From Octopus vulgaris (lineage: Eukaryota), in contig OX597825.1 in assembly GCA_951406725.2 (NCBI GenBank), forward strand, positions 30,132,001-30,196,000: DNA of 64,000 nucleotides. The letters run 5' to 3'. The notes below the pieces were generated by a model. That model was not told where the DNA came from, ran no database searches, and saw nothing but the letters and a program-made list of their open reading frames with translations. A program made the translations under genes and the position numbers. The first letter of the stretch is position 1. Each line of letters begins with the position of its first letter. Shown here in pieces: positions 1-13,179 of the stretch.

Positions 1-266
1 CTGAAGTAAACCACACCCTGTGTGTGTATGCATGTTTGGAGGCAGAATGACCCTCTCAAAGTATAGCAATATTTGTTTCAACACAGAGTGTTGAATTCTT
101 GCAAAGCAAATTGAACAACGGTGGGCAGTAGAAGCTGAGAGAAAAAGAAAAAGGTTGCAGACACATGTCATCTACTATTTTGAGAATAAACTTCCATAAA
201 ATTTTGGAGGATTTAGGTAACTAATCACAAAATAGTTACAATATTATTTTACTTGCTTCTGCTTAT

Positions 267-418
267 TATTTACGTTTGACAGATATTTGTCCTCATCTTG
301 TTTGTTGTTAACACAACATTTCAACTGATATACCCTCCAGTCTTTATCAGGTGTCTTGGTGAAATTTCGAACTTGGGTTCACATTCCTAAGGTATTTTTC
401 GATGTTTTTATTATTATC

Positions 419-480
<62 letters not shown>

Positions 481-640
481 TATTCTTCAGGTCACTGCCT
501 GGAATCGAATTTGGAATCTTGGGGTTAGTAGCCCTCGCTCTTAACCACTACGCCATATGCCGTGGCATCGTAGTTAAGAGTGCAGACTACTAACCCCAAG
601 ACTCTGAGTTCAATTCCAGGCAGTGACCTGAATAATAAAA

Positions 641-706
<66 letters not shown>

Positions 707-929
707 GATAATAATAATATCAACAACAATAATGATAACATCAAAAAATACCTTAGGAATTCGAACCCATGTTCAAAATTTCCCCAAGACACCTGATGAA
801 TGTTGGAGGGTATATCAGCCGAAAAGTGCTAACAACAAACAAAATGAGGACAAATATCCGTTAAATGTAAATAATGTAAGTAATGTAAATAATGTACATA
901 TATCCTCATCTCTTAAATATAGAACTGTA
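267..929. mobile_element. Palindromic non-autonomous retroelement: two head-to-head tRNA-like units, each followed by (AAT)n and a Penelope-type tail
   Basis: Arms ~265-561 and ~564-875 are reverse complements centred on atgcc-gt-ggcat. Each arm has A/B-box-like motifs (tggcgtagtggttaag...ttcgattcc). A 14-bp TSD ttgcttctgcttat lies at 253-266 and 930-943. Confidence 0.8.
788..830 (+). ncRNA. Degenerate minimal type I hammerhead ribozyme motif (mirror copy at 310-355, minus strand)
   Basis: Plus copy reads GACAC-CUGAUGA-A-UGUUG...CAGCC-GAAA-A-GUGCU. Mirror copy reads GACAC-CUGAUAA-A-GACUG...CAGUU-GAAAUGUU-GUGUU. Both carry substitutions in the core or stems. Confidence 0.55.
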
Positions 930-1029
930 TTGCTTCTGCTTATATTTGTACATGTGCTCACCTTTTATGTCTTAAACACCTCAAATGAAACTGAAGACAT
1001 ACCATATATGCTTGTAGATAAGTCACATT

Positions 1030-1563
1030 TCTCTGTCATACTCTAACCTTTCATCATCCAACACAAGATCACTTCCTCTAGTGCCTTTCCACTATAGCAA
1101 GACACTTGTTTCTGCCTACTCTATCTTTCCATCAAACTCTAACCTTTCATCATCTGACACAAGATCCCCTCCTCCAATTCCCCTGCATCTCTCAAAATTC
1201 CTTGTCTTGCAAATTACTTGATGACCCAGCCAGTGCTGGTGCCACGTAAAAAAGCATCCAGTCCATATTGTAAAGTGGTTGGCATTTGGAAGGGCACCCA
1301 GCTGTAAAAACCATGCCAACACTGACCTCGCATGTGCTGGTGCCACATAATAAGCACTAAGTCCACTCTGTAGAGTGTTGGTGTTAGGAAGGGCATCCAG
1401 TTGTAAAAACCCTGCCAAAACAGACACAGTAGCCTGGGGTAGTCTTCTACCTGTCAGGCTCCTGTCAGTCATGCCACCCATGCATTCATGGAAGTCAGAT
1501 ATTAAACAATGATGATGATGATGATGTTGATGATGATGATGATGATGATGCTGATGATGATGA
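1030..1563 (+). mobile_element. Retroposon 3' segment (RTE-type tail) with duplicated internal module and (GAT)n tail
   Basis: Module aggaagggcatccagttgtaaaaacc...ccacccatgc...ggaagtcagatattaaac followed by (GAT)n; the same module recurs at 10905, 14270, 41920, 50740 and 63500. Confidence 0.65.
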
Positions 1564-2350
1564 TAGTTATGAAAATCTGCATATGATTTATTTACCAAAC
1601 CATGCTCTGGGTTAGAAATTTACTGCACACACGAACACTCACATGCACTCTTCCTTGCACACCACTTACACACACACGCATGCACACACAGACAAATGAT
1701 TTTGTAAGTTGATAATGTCACTACTATATAATCCAAATATCATTGTTATGAAACATGTACACTGATGATATCATGTACAAAAACAAAAATGACTGCTTAA
1801 ACAGAAATTGAATTCTGTTACAATCATACATGTAACGATATGTGGTTTTATGAATTTATATATCCATGCTTTCCGTGTGTACAAAACATAAACTTAGTTC
1901 TCTATTGGCCAACTATAAACCTAATTCCCATTAGATGCTGCTCATACTGTCAGTCAATCTGGAATGGTGATTTAAAAGCATCGGTTGGTCTGTTTGTTCT
2001 GGGTATAGATCAAAGAAATACATAACTATGTGATATCTATGGTTTTGGGACTTTGTTATACTCTAATGTCAATGATTTGGAATTTTACAAAAGCAAAATT
2101 TCTTTAAATACAACTGCAAGTGAAGTTGCAAAACATATTCACCATATGCGATACATGACTTATAAGACACACAAAAGAAATGTGACTTGAGTGCACATAT
2201 GACATATACATGAGTGACATATATACATGTATGAAGTATATATATGCATGATTTACATACATGTGGGATTTAAATGTTTTTATATATATACATTTCATGT
2301 ACACACACACACACACTCACACATACATATATATTTATATATATATGTAT

Positions 2351-2510
2351 AGGAGTGGCTGCGTGGTAAGTAGCTTGCTTACCAGCCACATGGTTCTGGT
2401 ATCAGTTCCACTGTGTGGCACCTTGGGCAAGTGTCTTCTACTATAGCCTCGGACCGACAAAAGCCTTGTGAGTGGATTCAGTAGATGGAAACTGAAAGAA
2501 ACCCGTCGTA
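2351..2510 (+). mobile_element. SINE family A, 5' half (tRNA-derived head)
   Basis: ggagtggctgcgtggtaagtagcttgctt...ccttgggcaagtgtcttctactatagcc, matching the full copies at 9433, 41105 and 51037. Confidence 0.85.
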
Positions 2511-3120
2511 TATGCGTGTGTATGTATGTATATATATTATGCATGGCATATACAAACATGACTTATATACATATAACTTACACATATATATGACTTGTAT
2601 ACAAGCATAACATACACACATGCTACTTTCTCTCTTTTCTTTTTCCATTTTTATTCACTCTTTGTCTTCTCATTGCACATTTCCTATCAACCTTCACAAT
2701 TTCTTACTTGTGGTTTCTTATGTACCAGTGTCCATTTTTCAAATAGAATAAACATGTGCCCAAAGCTTTCAGACTTCCTATAGACACAAAGCTCAGTATG
2801 AAAATCAGCCTAACTACGTGTCTCAATGGTAAGAAACTATTAGTAGCACTCATTTTAACACAGTATACATTAAATACAAATACATATTCATATTAAAGGT
2901 GTACATGTGTAACTTATATATATAATTGTTATATTTCACACAGTTAACTCCTATTCAATTTTAATTTGACAAACCACAACAATCTTACTCGCTTAACTCG
3001 GTCTATTCAGTTATATTCTTTTTAATCATTTCTTTTCTCACTGTTAATTCTGCATCGCCACTGTTAGTCCAACTTATATTCCATTTCTGTCTTTCATTTG
3101 GTATATATATATATATATAT

Positions 3121-3675
3121 ACGGTTGTCCAGAAAGTTCGTGCTGATTTATAGTAGCTTACCTTTCCACTTATTTTAGAACATGGTTGAGTCCATAAAAT
3201 AGAATTTGACTACACCTTCATTTAGAGAACAGTTTAAGCTATCTTTTCATGGAAGAAGGTTTATGTTCCTATAACTTGTGTTAATTCTCTAACCCTTTAA
3301 AATGGAAGATAAGAAAGTTCATTTTCAACACTTGATGCTTTGGGAACCAGACAAAAATTGTTGCAGCTTGGCTGGGGTGTGTTACCCCACCCTCCATATT
3401 CACCAGATATTGGTCCTTCGGATTTTCACTTATTCAAGTCTCTGCAGAATAGTCTTAATGGTAAAAATTTCAATTCCTTAGATGATGTAAAAAGATACCT
3501 TGATGAATTCTTTGCCATGAAACCCCCTCAATTCTGGAAAGAAGGTATTTTCAAGTTAAAGGAAAGATGGAGGCGCATTGTGCAACAAAATGGTTCATAT
3601 TTGGTTGATTAAAATGTAATGGCAAGTATTTATTTTTTCTTTCCTTTAAAAATCAGCACGAACTTTCCAGACAAC

Positions 3676-3679
<4 letters not shown>
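3121..3679 (+). mobile_element. Internally deleted mariner element
   Basis: TIRs ggttgtccagaaagttcgtgctgatt / aatcagcacgaactttccagacaaccc sit in (TA)n. N-terminus MEDKKVHFQHLMLWE (3302) is fused to the C-terminal catalytic part HPPYSPDIGPSDFHLF (3340-3612). Confidence 0.92.
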
Positions 3680-3719
<40 letters not shown>

Positions 3720-4106
3720 TACATATACATATAATTAGATTGCAAAAACAGTTGGTGTTGGTCTGCATCAGCAAGACTTATATCATGTAGGAAAATCAGT
3801 GAACGGAATTCAGTGAACTTGCCATGAGGAGTGGAAAATGCAATATGCCATTCTTCAGGGAAAGATCTTAAATGAAAGAAATTAATGAGAGATAGCACTC
3901 ATAATGTTTTGATCACACTGGGGTTATAGTTGAAGACACTTGCTTTAGGTGCCACACAGTGGGACTGAACCCAAATTTATGTGGTTGCAAAACAAGCTTC
4001 TTAACCACACAGACACTCTTGCTCCTATTAGTAAAAATAATAAATTATATTTTAACCTTTTCAAATAATTATTATTTCTTGGCAATAATAATTGTAATAT
4101 TAATGA

Positions 4107-4445
4107 AGGCGCATGGCTCAGTGGTTAGAGCATCGAACTTACGATCGTGAGGTTGTGAGCTCGAATCCCGGACCGGGCTGCGTGTTGTGTTCTTGAGCAA
4201 GACACTTTACTTCACATTGCTCCAGTTCACTCAGCTGTAGAAATGAGTTGCGACGTCACTGGTGCCAAGCTGTATCGGCCTTTGGCTTTCCCTTAGATAA
4301 CACTGGTGGCGTGGAGAGGGGAGGCTGGTATGCATGGGCGACTGCTGGTCTTCCATAAACAACCTTGCCCGGACTTGTGTCTAGGAGGGTAACTTTCTAG
4401 GTGCAATCCCATGGTCATTCATGACCGAAGGGGGTCTTTAACCTT
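4107..4445 (+). mobile_element. SINE family D (tRNA-derived), full length
   Basis: Head ggcgcatggctcagtggttagagc...ctcgaatccc; 9-bp TSD tattaatga at 4098-4106 and 4446-4454; homologous to 47982-48331 and 54820-55080. Confidence 0.88.
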
Positions 4446-4879
4446 TATTAATGAGTTTATCATTTTAGTACAAGGTAATGCTTGTTTCTTTTCTTTCTAT
4501 TTTTTGTGGGTTATTATGGTAAGTTCCAGTGCATAACTGGTACAGATCTAGAAGGGGGAATAAAACGTGAACCTATGGAGTTTGGAACTCAGGCTATAAA
4601 GGGAACCAGTTAAGTAACATGATTTTACCACCAACAAAAACAACAACAACAATAACAACAGCATTGCCACCACCTATCTATTTTCTTATTCGTTAATCAT
4701 TAAGAAGTCAGACAGATGGACAAGAGCATAAAAGTATCTCTCTAGCCACAAGTAAAGTAAATTGGTCATACAAGTTAACAAGATGAGATAGTTCCAAACT
4801 AGTTTCCACTAATAACTGGGAAAAGTTTTCTAACAGTTTCTCTACAGAAAATTCCAGTTCAATCTAACCAATAACCTCA

Positions 4880-4880
4880 T

Positions 4881-4965
<85 letters not shown>

Positions 4966-4992
4966 TAGTAACAATAATGTTAATACTGATAG

Positions 4993-5053
<61 letters not shown>

Positions 5054-5087
5054 AACAACAACAACAAGAATAACGAAGAAGAAGAAA
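4880..5087. repeat. Compound (GAT)n/(AAT)n microsatellite
   Basis: Direct reading. Confidence 0.95.
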
Positions 5088-6039
5088 TAATCATAAATTC
5101 TCAGTGTCTCAGTGAAAGCTTAATAATATTTTCTTGAAGAAAATCAAGATCTTTCTTTTGGCAATGCCGCCAGCAAAAAGAAAATCTAGTTCTATGCAGA
5201 AAAATAATGCTTTCTATTCTATTAGCCAATGACCATATATTTAATAGTTTTGGTTTTTATTTTTCTATTTTGGGGTTTGGAAATTTTGAAAGTGAAATAC
5301 AAGAGTGGTGCCACTAGCATTAGTTTTAAATATTATTTATCAGTATTAGATAAGTAATAAAAAATAAAATATAAAAATAAAATTAATATTGAGGCAAAGC
5401 AAAAACTCAGAAGTAAATGTATTGTAACAAAAATGTATATATTTCCTGGTCTGAGCAGAACTTTAAAAATAGACTTAGATTAATAACTTTAAACAAGTTA
5501 TCTCGTAGAATTACAATATAATTGAATAAAATATACAGCAGAAATCTAGTTGTCAAGTTGTTTAAGAAGTTAAAAAGATCATAGAAATATAATAGAATCC
5601 AGTCCTTTTATGACAGCCACTTCTGTCTGAGACAAATTTATATAAGGGTTACTTTGTTTATACTCTTTTTAGACATGTTTGCCGTTCTTTCTTTCATGAA
5701 GTTCCTATAAATTTATGTAATCTTGTGGGATTTTTTCCTAATACTTGTTTAGCCTTTTCTTGCTATATTCCTGTTAAAATACATTGCTTTTGCTTCCATT
5801 AATTTTTAAAATAATGAAAATATTTTCAGCTTTAAACTTTTAATTATGAAGAAATGATTATCTCCCTTATATTAACTGTTTGCAAGTGAACACCATGTGT
5901 TTGAAAATCTCTGGATGTGAATTTAAAAGTCAAAGTTTTAAGCGATTATGTCTACAATGAAATGCTTCTGCCACTGTGGAATGCAAGATTACTATTATGA
6001 AATAATAGCTTGAAACTAATATCTATACCTTAAAGAGTG

Positions 6040-6450
6040 AGACATGGTGTTTGAGGGAAAGTGAAATGGCAATTTTAAGAAGGACCAAGAGAGCAATGTG
6101 TGGTGTGAAACTATTGGATAAAAAGAAGGCTGAGGACTTGATGGGGATGCTGGGGTTGGAGAATTTGGTGGAACAGCTGGCAAGGGTGAATGGAGTGCAG
6201 TGGTATGAACATGTGTTGAGGAGGGATGAGGATCATGTTCTGAGGAGAGGGCTTGAGTTTAAAGTGAATGAACTGCAAAAGCGAAGTCGACCAAAGAAAG
6301 CGTGAAAGGGACAGGAGGAGGAAGAGATTGGGAGGGTTGGCTTGAGGAGGGAGGATGCCCAAAACTGGGAAAGATGGTGAGAGTGGTTGCTATAAGAGTG
6401 AAGTAGGTCTGAACACCCCTGTTAATGGTGACAAATCTGGATTTAAAATA
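6040..6450 (+). mobile_element. RTE-clade LINE 3' fragment
   Basis: ORF 6051-6305 AILRRTKRAMCGVKLLDK...VQWYEHVLRRDEDHVLRRGLEFKVNELQKRSRPKK resembles the RTE C-terminus (W.GHV.R...GRPK). Confidence 0.8.
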
Positions 6451-9432
6451 TTGAAATTCATTATCAAAGAATATATCAAAAATGGCTTGTGAATTTCATT
6501 TGTAGTTCAAACTGAAATATTAGCTACTGTAAAGCACCTTCATATAGTAGGACTCTCTGGAAACAGTTACTCTGTATATGATCCCTAAGAAATTTCTCTG
6601 TCTTTTTTTCTTGATTGCTTAACTACTAACATTTTATGAAGGAAAAGGAATAAACATTTACCAAGAATTTCTTCCATACTGTATTTATTTCCCATCTGTA
6701 GGAAATGTCTCACTTCATAAATGCCTAATTAATATAGCTTGGGATAAGTCATGTTGAGAAGTTCTAAAAATAATGAAATAGTTCTATACATGATTATCAC
6801 TACTTAGATGTTTCAAGAGCTTCATAATAAGTAAGCAATAAAAGAATTAAATATATGTATCCTATACAACTTCTTCCATATTCCTTAAGTTCAAATACAA
6901 ACATCTAAACCTATCAAATGTTGCAAAGAAATGATTATCTCCTTTACATTAACTGTTCACAAGAGCATACCACATTATTTAAATGGTATTTGAAAAATAA
7001 ATTAGCATGAAAATTTAATGGAAAGTTTTAATTTAAATCACTTTAAACTGGAAGCTTGTATCAAAAAGCCAGGAGTGGTGGTTTGGGGTGGGTTGGCATC
7101 AAAAGGGTTGAAACATGTTTCTGCTAACATCCTAACATTTATCTTGTGTATGACCAGACTGAATTCTGTGAATGGTTATTGAAGTGTTGGCCCACTTTTT
7201 AGCTGAAAAATTGTTCCAAGGATATTTATGAAAGCGTTTTACAAAAAAAGAATAAATAAATAAATAATTATAAAACCCTGCTTCAGATGAAGCTTGGCTT
7301 ATTTTAAAGAGAAGATATTTTAACACCAATCTTTGCTCTGTTGTGACGTCATCAAGTACGAGTAGCAAGGGTCAATAATATAAAACACCTGACTCAACTG
7401 AGAACCAACCAGAATGCAATATTAAAAAATGCTTCAGGGAATCGTTATGTGATTGCCTATTAATGAACCAGTATCAAAACAACATCAGAGTAAATCAAGA
7501 TTATATGAACACAACGTTACAAATAAAATCAAGGGTCAGTCAGTCTCTTTTAAGTTGCTTTTTGAGCCTTAAAACTCTTTTATTACAATATTTCAGTAGA
7601 AATGCATGCACTTTGTTTCACTTAATTTCGAAAATAATGAATAATTTTGCAAAATATGCTTGTCATGATGAAGCAGACTTTGGGGACAGAACTCAAAATG
7701 CAGTTCTGATTGACAATTTAAATTTAAATTACTTTAAAAGAGAAGTTTGTATCATAGAACCAGGAGCAGTCTGAGACCGCTTAATACCAAAAGGGTTAAA
7801 AAATGCAAGATACCTCTCTTAAATATAATGCATGAGAAAAACATGTGATGGTCATGGCTGGAACACCTTTGATCATTTGTCTGTTTAATCAAGGTTGACC
7901 AATGGCTGAACAACAACAACAAAATCAGGAAGTCATGAATTATTCGTAATGTTGAATCAATGTAATATATTCATAAAAATTTCTTTTTTAATTAAAAAAA
8001 ATTTGACATTATAAAAGAAAATACATAATTAAATCAAAATCACAACATTTATTTTAAGGCATATTTACAACATCCTTGGTAATGGTATTTTTGCTGCTAA
8101 ATTTCTTAGTTTGAGAAAACGCTAACCTCTAATTTACAATGTTAATACAAACTTGAGCAAATAATTTACATTGGATGACATTCTATGATATTTAATCGCT
8201 GAACAGAAAATATGGAAGACTATCAGTGCATGTAATTAATTTTTACAATACTGGATATATTCTAGAATTGAAGAAGAGTTGTTGCCCTATAACTACTGCT
8301 AGGTTAATGCTGTGTTCTGACATTTGTACGTGTATGTTTGCATCATTTTCAAATCAACGATGCATAGACAATGCCAATTTTGTGTGCCAAGTAGAATGGA
8401 CAATTGATAGTTCATCAAGTTAATTGGTAACTCTAGAAAGACACTGGAAATTTCAACTTCAGTAAATTTCCACATGGTATTAAAGTTTACAAATAATCAA
8501 ACTACAGTTCTGAATTATCAGCTCACAGCACACTATATCCTCATCTGGAATATATAAGCATCTAATTCACGCAAGAAGAAAACCATCCATAACTTCCAAA
8601 ATCTAATTGGAAATAGAAGTCTTCAACATGAAACGACTGTTTTAGTTTATACAGAAATAAATATTAAAGCTAACAAAATGTTCCAACTTTGATAATACGA
8701 AAAAAAGAAGAAAAGAAAAAAGGTTCGATATTAATTCATCCATTGATCTAAGGTCCACATATCTCTGTTGATTCAATGTCACATTGATTTTATATTGATT
8801 CAGTGTTGCACTTCAATGTGGATTGAATGTTTAATCAACGTTGAAATGTCAGTTAACATTCAATATTGAATCAACCGTATTTTGACATTACTTTGAGAGA
8901 CATTTGGCATACTGATTCAACCGGCAGAATTCAATGTAAATTTTTATTTTAAAACTGAATTCTAATCTATTGCTGATGCTCCATCAACATTCGTGATTAA
9001 ATGCTTCATAAAATTTTAAATACCAACTGGGTTGCATTTTTGTATATCTTGTTTATGTTATAGTGTAAGCCAAACGTTGAATTATCAATAAAATTGGAAA
9101 TACTGGATTAGATTTTTATACATCTTGTTGATGTCAGTTGGTAATTTGACAATAACTGCTTCATAAATTTTGAAATACTGTGACATTTTCACACATCCTC
9201 TGACTTGCGTCTTAGACCAGATATTCATCTGAAACAACTATGAGGTGGAAAGCAAACCTACAACAGCACAGCACTGTTGTTAAGCACTTTCTATCAGAAC
9301 ATCTGATCTACCAAAGCCTTGTAAGAGATCATTGAAACTTGAAGTGGGTTGCAAGAACTGTTCTTGTGCTGGGGTGGTAAACTTAATCTGTCATCCAGTT
9401 AAAGCGTCATCACCTGGTTCCTAAATTGTATA

Positions 9433-9593
9433 GGCACAGGAGTGGCTGTGTGGTAAGTAGCTTGCTTACCAACCACATGGTTCCGGATTCAGTCCCAGTG
9501 TGGCACCTTGGGCAAGTGTCTTCTACTATAGCCTCAGGCCGACCAAAGCCTTGTGAGTGAATTTGGTAGACGGAAACCGAAAGAAGCTCGTCG

Positions 9594-9625
<32 letters not shown>

Positions 9626-9629
9626 TATA

Positions 9630-9667
<38 letters not shown>

Positions 9668-9880
9668 TGTGTCTGGGTTTGTCCCCCCAACATCACTTGA
9701 CAACCGATGCTGGTGTGTTTAAGTCCCCATAACTTAGTGGTTCGGCAAAAGAGACTGATAGAATAAGTACTAGGCTTACAAAGAATAAGTCCTGGTATCG
9801 ATTTGCTTGACTAAAGGTGGTGCTCCAGTATGGCCGCAGTCAAATGACTGAAACAAGTAAATAAAATAAGCAAGTAAATA
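9433..9880 (+). mobile_element. SINE family A, full length with internal (TA)n/(TG)n
   Basis: tRNA-like head, internal microsatellite, 3' end gcagtcaaatgactgaaacaagtaaa. Confidence 0.9.
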
Positions 9881-10814
9881 GTTGAATGCACTTCTTAAGG
9901 CCAACCACTCTACAGAGACTAAAAAATGCATTTTCCATGGTACTAGCACTAGCAATCATTATCTCATAATGTGTTAAGTTAAGGGCTTAAAGTGAACCCT
10001 ACAACTACAAGATAATAAAAGATAGGGAGAGAGAGAGAGAGAGAAAATAGGCAATGAATCTAAACTGAGAGACATGGGATAGCAAGCAAGAAGAAAAGTT
10101 AGAGGAAATATGGTAAGGAACAGAAGAAAGGGACTGGATTAATAATAAGGATTATTGAGAAAAGAGTTGGGGTAGATATAAAAGATGATAGGGTGAGTTG
10201 TGCTTAGCAGGGAGCTAGGGTTAACTAACATTATAAGGGGCGAGTTAGGACAAGGTGCAAGGGAAAGAAGACAAAATAAATTTTATCAAATTAAGTCAAC
10301 AAAAACACAAAATTACAAAAGAACAAAAATAAAAGGGGAAGATTAGATCTATGAAGACACTTGGCAATTCAACCCCCCCCCCCCCCAAAAAAATGTTATA
10401 AGAAACATATGTTTCTCGGTATCTGATCGTTTATACCAACTCAAAAAAGAATAATTTAAAAGTTCTTGTTAATGATGACGACGATGATGGTGGTGATGGT
10501 GATGGTGATGATGGTGGTATAATGCCAGATATTTTTTTTTTTCATCCTTTATCATCCTTATCAGTCCATTCATGAAAGCTGGGAACTTCAAAAGCATTTT
10601 GATCATACCAATGGACAACTAATTATGAACTTCATCTATTTTTTAGTAATATTCTACTGCGTCGCTTATGGTTCAAATGACTCCATAGACATAAAGCTAA
10701 ATTAGTGATTTCTAATCCATCTTGAGTGCACACACACACACACACACACATACACACACACGAACACACAGACATAAACATATATATATTTTTATGTGTG
10801 TGTGTGTATATGTA

Positions 10815-10861
<47 letters not shown>

Positions 10862-11112
10862 GTATATATATAATCTTATATGGATATGGATGTGTATGGC
10901 TGCACCAGGATCAAGATTGGAGCCTGGTGCAGCCATCTGGTTTGCCAGTCCTCAGTCAAATCATCCAACCCATGCTAGCATGGAAAGCAGTCGTTAAACG
11001 ATGATGATGATGATGAATATATATACATATATGCATATATATATATACGTTTAAATATTTGTTGTGCAAGATTTTTATTGGCTAAACTGGCAATATGACC
11101 ATTCCGAAATAT

Positions 11113-11305
<193 letters not shown>

Positions 11306-11312
11306 TATATAG

Positions 11313-11620
11313 ACATGCATATATGGGTACAGGATGTTACCAACATTAAACAACATAAAATATGAAAACAAACGTCGGTGCATCACGCATGGTCGCAGCT
11401 CTGAGCTGAAACAAGAAAAGCGAAAAACGAAAATGAGTTTGATATGCAAACAACGAGAGAAACAAATAGAAAACAGGACAAGTAACATAAAGAACTACCC
11501 TCCATCAGTTGTTGGCTGTTTATCCACTCCTCATTTCAAGCATTGCACAGTAGATAGACATTTGTTTTCATTTTTCATGTTGTTTACTGTTGGTGACGTC
11601 CTGTACCCATATATGCATGT
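11313..11620. mobile_element. ~310-bp element with ~60-bp terminal inverted repeats, inserted in a microsatellite
   Basis: acatgcatatatgggtacaggatgttaccaac...gaaaacaaa (11313-11371) is the imperfect reverse complement of 11561-11620. Confidence 0.7.
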
Positions 11621-12676
11621 GTGTGTGTGTTTGTATATGCATACATATATATATTATTTATATATACACTTATATATTTATATATTTCATATATATAAAT
11701 AATCTCTCTATATATAAGACAGAGTTTGTGTGTGTGTATGTGTGTGCGTATGTTCCTTATGGAATTGAAAACTGAGTTGCTGATGTTGACGTATGAGATA
11801 CCAAAATATTCAGTAATCTTTTGGTTACCAAATAAACTATGTTTTTGGCACAACAACTCTTTGCTTCTACAAAAATAAACTCAAAAGTAAGGTTGGGTGG
11901 CACAATTTTGAGGCCATTTTCAGGCAATATTTCGATTTGCTTCTAATGTTTCACTTTCGTTCGATGTTTCACACATGCATAGAATTCTACTGAAATAGCA
12001 CCTGTAAAAAATATCAAACCGCTTTCACAAAATGCAGCACACTACAATCAACACCTACATGACATTATTTCAGAGGAAACTTCCATGCTTGCAAAATAGC
12101 TAAAACAGTCCGAGTTTTTACCTTTTTGAAAGCGGGGAGGTGATGGGTGGTGGAGGTTGGGGAAGGATAATTTCAGAAAAATTTTAAAAATTTTAATTTT
12201 CTTTAAGATTCATAATCACTCTATTTCTCTACATGGATTACAAAAAAGAAAAAAAATATCTGTAAAAAGTTCAAAATCAAACAACTGAGATGGGGAGGGG
12301 GGATATTTACAATTTTGAAAATGTGATTTTTCATCAAAATCATAATCTCCTATAAAGAAAACAGGAATACCGATAAATTTTTTTTAAAAAGGGCGTGGGG
12401 TGAGGGTGGGGGGAAATCACCTTCGACATGCTAGAATCAACCGGTACACAACACAATTGCTGAAGTAAAATTCTTTTTATGTTTATATCAAAGATCAGAT
12501 TTTACAATATGCTCATCACAAATGCAAATTACAAAATAAAAATAGGTCATTTCCAATGGAGTTGAGCTGTAATTTTGCGTGTACACACAGCAACAAATAA
12601 CATAATTTGTACTGAAATTCTACCTACAGTCTGTGTGTGTGTGCACGCACGTGCAAAAGAAGTTATTTTTACATAC

Positions 12677-12757
12677 CTTTCTTCACTTCAAAAGAAGACA
12701 AACTTGAATAATACTTCCAAATTTGGACTTCCCCCGTGATTGTTAAGCTAGCAACAA
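12677..12757 (-). CDS. Candidate internal exon (phase 1-1), VASLTITGEVQIWKYYSSLSSFEVKK, WD40-like
   Basis: Acceptor ctctaaacag, donor AAG|gtatgt, 81 nt open. It lies inside the Helitron-like element, so it could be spurious or a captured fragment. Confidence 0.25.
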
Positions 12758-12809
12758 CTGTTTAGAGGTAGTCGCACCAGACAAACATTTATGAAAACAT
12801 ACACATAAA

Positions 12810-13179
12810 TCTCTCTCTATATAAACGGCAGTTTGTCAGTGTGTCTGTTAGGTTGTACCCTCACCCTGACCACGGCTTTCAACCGATTCTGATGAAACTT
12901 GATACACACATAGCCCAATGTCATAATTCAAAACTAACGCAGCGAAAATTTTGAAAAGTTCCCCCAGTTCTGAAAAAAATCGATAAATTCGACATGGGGT
13001 CGAGAATCAGAAACACAAACCACAGACTGTCTAGGGGACGCAACTCGACCTTTTAACTCTCAAAAAAATTTACCATCATTTTTTTTCCATTTTTTTGCTA
13101 TTTTTTGGCTATAACTCTCTAAAAATGCTTTATAGTTATTTCCCTTACAAACCCGAGCAACGCCGGGTGATACTGCTAG
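12810..13179 (+). mobile_element. Non-autonomous Helitron
   Basis: Starts TC after A; ends with hairpin cccgagcaacgccggg and CTAG before T; no TSD; carries ccgattctgatgaaactt. Confidence 0.85.

Noticed and set aside
4107-4180. tRNA genes at SINE heads (also 564-630, 44741 and 62135)
   Set aside because: A/B boxes are present but there is no complete cloverleaf, and each continues into a SINE body with TSDs.
7132-7203. Possible minus-strand terminal exon (KKWANTSITIHRIQSGHTQDKC*) in phase with 12677
   Set aside because: Supported only by an acceptor-like site and a short open frame.
7132-7368. LLVLDDV resembling an NB-ARC Walker B motif
   Set aside because: An in-frame stop lies two codons upstream, there is no P-loop, and no splice acceptor fits that frame; likely chance.
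11490-11545. Third hammerhead candidate (minus strand GAAAU...CUGAUGGA)
   Set aside because: The core is mutated and stems I-III could not be paired.
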